Below, piece by piece: positions 56,227-64,000 of a DNA stretch of 64,000 nucleotides (the first letter of the stretch is position 1; each line of letters begins with the position of its first letter). Source of the stretch: Eledone cirrhosa (lineage: Eukaryota); assembly GCA_964016885.1 (NCBI GenBank), contig OZ024741.1, positions 107,198,001-107,262,000 on the forward strand, written 5' to 3'. The notes under the pieces are model-generated. The model did no database searches. It was given only the letters and a program-made list of their open reading frames with translations, and was not told the DNA's origin. The translations under genes and the position numbers were made by a program.

Positions 56227-56839
56227 TCATTATTATCATTATTATAATTATTATTGTTGGTTTTAACTTAATTGCTTATTTTCCCCGCACAGCCAAGCAC
56301 AGCTTTGAGTGCCTTGAGTTTTGATATCATTTGCGTTTTAGAATCATTCCTATTTTCTATTGTATAGAAATTAATTTATGTAATATTTTTACACAGCTTT
56401 TTTTGATATGTTGTACATAGATAGAAAGCAGTTTGTTTTGTTTTATTTTGTTTCGTCATGTTTTGTAAATACTTGTACTAGTTTTCTGTACTGTAAATAC
56501 TTGTACTAGTTTTCTGGAGTGCAGTTTTGTGCGAAAGGAAAATCGATTATACCGATACACATTTGGGAGGTACATTATATTGCCGACCCCGGAAAGATGA
56601 ACGGCAGTATACCTCGGTGAGAATTTAACTTACAACGTAAAGAACCGGTACAAATGCTACAAAAACATTTTTCCTGGTTCTTTACTTTCTGGTTCGAAAA
56701 TATCTTAAGTTTACCTTTCACCCTTCTCGAATAGAGATCGATAAAATAAATTGCCACTAAAAAACTAGGATCGATTTAATACACTTCCCTGGAAATTGCT
56801 GGCCCTGTGCCATCATTACAAACACTTATTATTATCATT

Positions 56840-57900
56840 AGGACTGGGCATGCCGTGGCTGATAATGCGCAGACATGTGCTGAGGCTAAGACATCTCAAG
56901 ATTTTCCTAGACGGTGAACAGGTGTGGTCGCCTTTCGTTAGGCACGTTTTTCTTCAGCCCGTCTCCTTGACGGAGCTGCAATCCTGGGTCAAGCGGAGAT
57001 CGAGAGGGAACACTTGGAAACTGGAACGCTTCCAAGCGCTCACTTCCCTTTGTCCATCGGGCATTAGGATCAGTGGAAACCCAATATTGGCTTTCTATAT
57101 AGGGTTAGTAGAGGGCAAGAGCGACGACGTACTTGGGAAGACTCTGGGTGTCGACAAAAATCAACTAGCTATTCTCTTCCGGAGGACTTTCGGGCCGGGG
57201 TCCATGGATAACTTTGCCAGTTCGAGATAAATATTACTGGCATGGACGTTCTGTCCTCCGGGCCTGTCCGAGATGCGCGTTGGGCGACGAGATTGTCCTG
57301 CGCGCACTCGTCCAGTGTCCGAGTACCACTGCCTTGTGGGTTTATGTCGCGTGTAGGACGGATCCGGCTATCAGCTGAGTCCATCATGAAGAGTGCCCCA
57401 CCGCCCTCTTTTAACCAAGAAGGGCAGGCAGTTTTTACCTGCCTGATGACCATAGTGAAAGAGGTCGTATGGTGGATTTGAAGACGAACACCTTTCTTTT
57501 CTGCGACGATCTCATTAACCTTTTCACGCTTCATCAAGAACAGAAAAATCAGGATGGAGAGGGGAGTGCTGCTTTCCAACCAATTTGTTGAAAGGTGGGT
57601 GAGAGAAGCAATAATGGCCCGTGTAAACGGGTTTGCCTTGAGCCTTGCCTGTAGCATTAAAGAAGGACAACTGGGAGAGGACACTTGCCCTAGCGGTCAG
57701 GGTGACCGTGGCTTTTTGTGGGATTTCTCCACGAATAACCTTCAGTGGTTTCCCCCCTATTGTGGAACTTATTTTGTTTTTATTTTTTGTTACATTCTTT
57801 GCTTTTGTTATGTTTCCTTTTCTACACGCAGAAACCCATATTTGTACCGTCCTGTACCGTCCTTGATGTTTTCCTTTAGGTAAACCCTTGTGGTTAATAT
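56840..57900 (+). pseudogene. Degenerate L1/Tx1 ORF2 C-terminal part plus 3' UTR
   Basis: GLGMPWL..RRH.LRL; EGQAVFTCLMTIVKEVVWW; MERGVLLSNQFVERWV. Confidence 0.8.
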
Positions 57901-57921
57901 ATAAATAATAATAATTTATTA

Positions 57922-58006
<85 letters not shown>

Positions 58007-58008
58007 AG

Positions 58009-58336
58009 TTGCATTTATCTTGCTTTATGTTCATACGAGTTATCACCAAGTCACAACCAGTGACCTCAAGAGACAACAAGGTCCGCCATGTTCAAGAAAG
58101 AACATACATACTCACACATGCATCTTTAGTGTTTAGACTTGTGATGTACTTATATTGACAGAATCTTCCTTAGTATATGGGCAGTTCCCATTAGTACTAT
58201 CTTTTGTATTTCTCCTATACGCGGGTTTCCTGGGATTTGCGATAAGTAATCATTAGACTCCTTAGGTATCATTCCCAGAGTGCCTACAACCACTGGTATT
58301 GTTTTAGTTCTCAATTTCCACATTTTTCCAATTTCT
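58009..58336 (-). mobile_element. R4/Dong family A copy 1 (3'-terminal 330 bp)
   Basis: Near-identical to 58385-58712; (TAA)n downstream, (GAA)n/(TAA)n upstream. Confidence 0.92.
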
Positions 58337-58384
58337 TCTTCTTCTTCTTCTTCTTCTTATCATTATTATTATTATTATTATTAT

Positions 58385-61171
58385 TTGCATTTATCTTGCT
58401 TTATGTTTATACGAGTTATCACCAAGTCACAACCAGTGACCTCAAGAGACAACAAGGTCCGCCATGTTCAAGAAAGAACACACATATTCACACATGCATC
58501 CTTAGTGTTTAGACTTGTGATGTACTTATATTGACAGGATCTTCCTTAGTATATGGGCAGTTCCCATTAGTACTATCTTTTGTATTTCTCCTATACGCGG
58601 GTTTCCTGGGATTTGCGATAAGTAGTCGTTAGACCCCTTAGGTATCATTCCCAGAGCGCCTACAACCACTGGTATTGTTTTAGTTCTCAATTTCCACATT
58701 TTTCCAATTTCTATCTCCAGGTCCTTATACTTGCTCAATTTTTCAAATGTTTTTATAGATACATTCTTGTCTATTGGAACAGACATATCAATTAGCAGGC
58801 ATACCCTCCTTTGAAAGTCCTTCAATATTATATCAGGTCTATTTGCATCTATTTTTCGGTCTGTTTGGATGCTAAAGTTCCACAAGATTGAGATGTGATC
58901 TTTTTCAAGTATGGGAGGTGGTTGATGCTCCCACCAATTCTTTTGATGGGGCAGGTCAAAATGCTTACACATTATCCAATGTATGTATTGTGCAGCTCTG
59001 TCATGCCTGTTTAGGTATTCGGTTGGAGCTATGGGACTGCACATTGAAATTATATGGTCAATGGTCTCTGGTTGTTTTTTGCATACACGGCATAGTGGGC
59101 TGCACCCATTTTTTATTATGTTGGCTTGGTAATTTTTTGTTGGCAGACACTGATCTTGTGCGGATATAATCAGTCCTTCAGTCTCCGATTTCAGTCCAGA
59201 GGATGCCAACCACTGATGGGTTAAAGTTTTGTCAACATCAGGATTGTTAGCTCGCTCTGGGTATTTTCCATACAGAGGCTTTTCTTGCCATTTCTTAGCC
59301 AGTTTCTGTAGCAGTTCTTTCTTTGCAGTTACTTTTACCTGCTTTGCTTTTTCTGTGTTTTCCATTTCAGCAGTAAATGGGACTTCTGAAATTTGTAGTC
59401 CATTACTGTATCTTTGTGCATCTTTTGTAATGGAATATGATCTTTTGGTGCTTTCGTGTTTCAAAACGAGTTTGATCATCCAATCATGTGATTCCCTTAG
59501 ATATGTGGATAATCCAATTGTTGCAGTTTTCAACGCAATGTCTAACTGGATTAACCCACGTCCTCCTTCTTTCCTAGGGAGATATATTCTATCTATGTCT
59601 GCCTTAGGGTGATGCATTCTGTGCATGGTTAAGAATTTTCGGATTTTTGTATCGAGCCTACGGATCTCTGTGCTTGACCAGTTGATGACATTGTAACTGT
59701 AGGTTACTACTGGTATGGCAAGCGTGTTTATGGCATCGATCCTATTCCTTGCATTCAATTCCGTTCTTAAGATTGCTCTGACTCTGCGGTAACATTCCTT
59801 CCTTATCCTTTCCCTCATTGTCGAGTGCTTGATTCCGTCTCCTTCACAAACACCTAGATATTTGTAAGTTTGTTCTTGATCAAGCTCTCTTATCACGTTC
59901 CCCCGATCAAGATTAATGTCTGAACTCTTCAGCAGCTTTCCTCTGGTGAACGTTGCTTTGGCGCATTTATCCAGTCCAAACTCCATTTTAATGTCATCAC
60001 TGAACTGCTTCACAGTGGATAATAGCCCTTGCAATTGTTCATCATTTTTTGCAAATAGTTTCAGGTCATCCATGTAGAACAGGTGATTAATGGTTTTGTC
60101 ATAGACTCTATATCCATGTTTTGTTTCATTGAGCATTTTACTTAATGGTATAAGTGCGATGCAGAATAAAAGCGGTGATAAAGAGTCACCCTGAAAAATT
60201 CCACAATTAATGTTAACTTCTCCAGCTTCCAGTGATTTTGTTTCACTATTCAAAAGGAGTGTCGTTCTCCATGTCCTCATACTGAATGACAAAAACCTCC
60301 TGACAACGGGGGATATTTTGAAAATCTCTAAACATTTTTCAATCCAACTGTGTGGCAAACTATCAAATGCTTTTTTATAATCTATCCAAGCAATCGATAG
60401 ATTTTTGTGTCTATTATGACAATCTTCCAGTATCATTTTGTTAACCAGAAGCTGATCCTTACAGCCATATGAGCCTCGTTTACACCCTTTCTGCTCAATG
60501 GGAAATAGGTCATTTGTTATCAGGTGGTCATATGTGTATTCAGTTAGGACTGATGTTAAAATTTTATACATTGTGGTCAAGCAGGTTATCGGTCTGTAAT
60601 TTTTGGGATTGTTTGTCTCATCATTCTTCGGTAGCAGGAATGTAATGCCGTTGACTAGCCATGATGGTATCTTTTCTGGCTCCTTAACTATTTCATTGTA
60701 AAGTTGGGCTAACAGCTCATGAGACTCTGTGAAGGCATTTATCCAAAAGTTTTGTATTTTGTCTTTTCCTGGGGATTTCCATTTGCTGGTTTTTCTTAGA
60801 GCCAAGCGCAGCTGTTCAACTGTTATATTTTCCCATGTTTGTTCTTCAAGGTGAGCTGTTTCTTTCATTTGTCTGTCTATCCATGGGGCATGTATGTTAT
60901 GAACTTTTTCTTCGGCCCAGATCTTTTCCCAGAATTCTTGCACTTCCTCCTTGGGTGGTATTGATTTAGCAGTTATTGTTGACTTACCAATTTTTCTGTA
61001 GAAGTTTCTTTGGTTGTTTTTGAACATATTATTATCCTTATAGAATCTAGATCGTTTTTCAAAGCGCCTTATACGAGCAGCTTTGGCCGACACTTTTTGC
61101 TTGATTGTTTCTATCAGCATGTCTATGTCACATGTTGATCTTATGCTGTACTTTTTTTTCAATTTTCTAAG

Positions 61172-61174
<3 letters not shown>
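58385..61174 (-). mobile_element. R4/Dong-type non-LTR retrotransposon, family A copy 2, 5'-truncated
   Basis: Long ORF plus 140-bp 3' UTR, bounded by (TAA)n on both sides. Confidence 0.93.
58526..61174 (-). CDS. Reverse transcriptase plus CCHC and restriction-like endonuclease (R4/Dong clade), N-terminally truncated
   Basis: [62 protein letters not shown]; no stops. Confidence 0.93.
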
Positions 61175-61241
<67 letters not shown>

Positions 61242-61252
61242 GTTATTGTTAT

Positions 61253-63448
<2,196 letters not shown>

Positions 63449-63450
63449 GT

Positions 63451-64000
63451 TCTTTGAGTCTCAGTCATTGATGTTAGTTAACTGGAAAGTTTGTTGAAAT
63501 GAATATCAAGCCACTACCTGCAGCCTCAGATATTCAGGACGTATCGGAGGGTTCTTGCTGTTCCCAGCAAGCAGGCCTTTTGAAGCGTTCCAAAAAGCGT
63601 GGCGGGGCCAATCTTCTTTAACCATCCCTGGAAACTTTTTGAGATAGTACCTAGTGCGCCTATGACAATCGGGACCACTTTGACTTCCTAGCAGTTCCAA
63701 ATCCTTTTTACCTCCCACTTTAAGTCCTGGTATCGGTTAATTTTCTCCCTCTCCTTCTCTTGCACTCTCGTGTCGAATGGGCAGGCCACATCCACAATCA
63801 GGCACGATCTTTTTTCCTTGTCCACAAACACCAGGTCAGGTCTATTGTGTTCCAGTTTCTTGTCCGTCTGTATCCTAAAATCCCACAGCACCTTCACCTG
63901 ATCGTTTTCTATCACCGACTCTGGCTTATGCTCATACCACTTCTCAGAATGTGGTAAATTGTTTACTTTGCATAGGTGCTAGTGGATCACCCTGCCCATT
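63451..64000 (-). pseudogene. R4/Dong family B copy 2 (runs off the window), with a premature stop
   Basis: Homologous to 61253-61800; in-frame TAG at 63688-63690. Confidence 0.9.

Overview
Eukaryotic, AT-rich, microsatellite-saturated DNA. The tRNA-SINE family and repeat make-up suggest a coleoid cephalopod, probably an octopod; this is inference. I can support no host exon, and nearly all short ORFs in the track are microsatellite read-throughs. The window is a retroelement graveyard or hot spot with four components. (1) At least 8 unrelated short families of Penelope-like element (PLE) pseudo-LTR or retrozyme-like pieces, almost all embedded in (TA)n. They carry minimal type-I hammerhead ribozymes (HHR), some intact with covarying stems and some with a U3-A8 core variant, and they often form fold-back inverted repeats that break at the ribozyme core. 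Two are linked to GIY-YIG endonuclease remnants. (2) A head-to-tail stack of four R4/Dong-type RT+RLE non-LTR retrotransposons separated by (TAA)n, two with uninterrupted ORFs. (3) L1/Tx1-type remnants, three bounded by (TATC)n, and a CRE-type remnant. (4) Non-autonomous Helitrons (one with its empty site preserved), about 80-bp MITEs, many tRNA-SINEs and a homogeneous 41-bp tandem array. All pairings and coordinates were read by eye; boundaries of degenerate elements are approximate.
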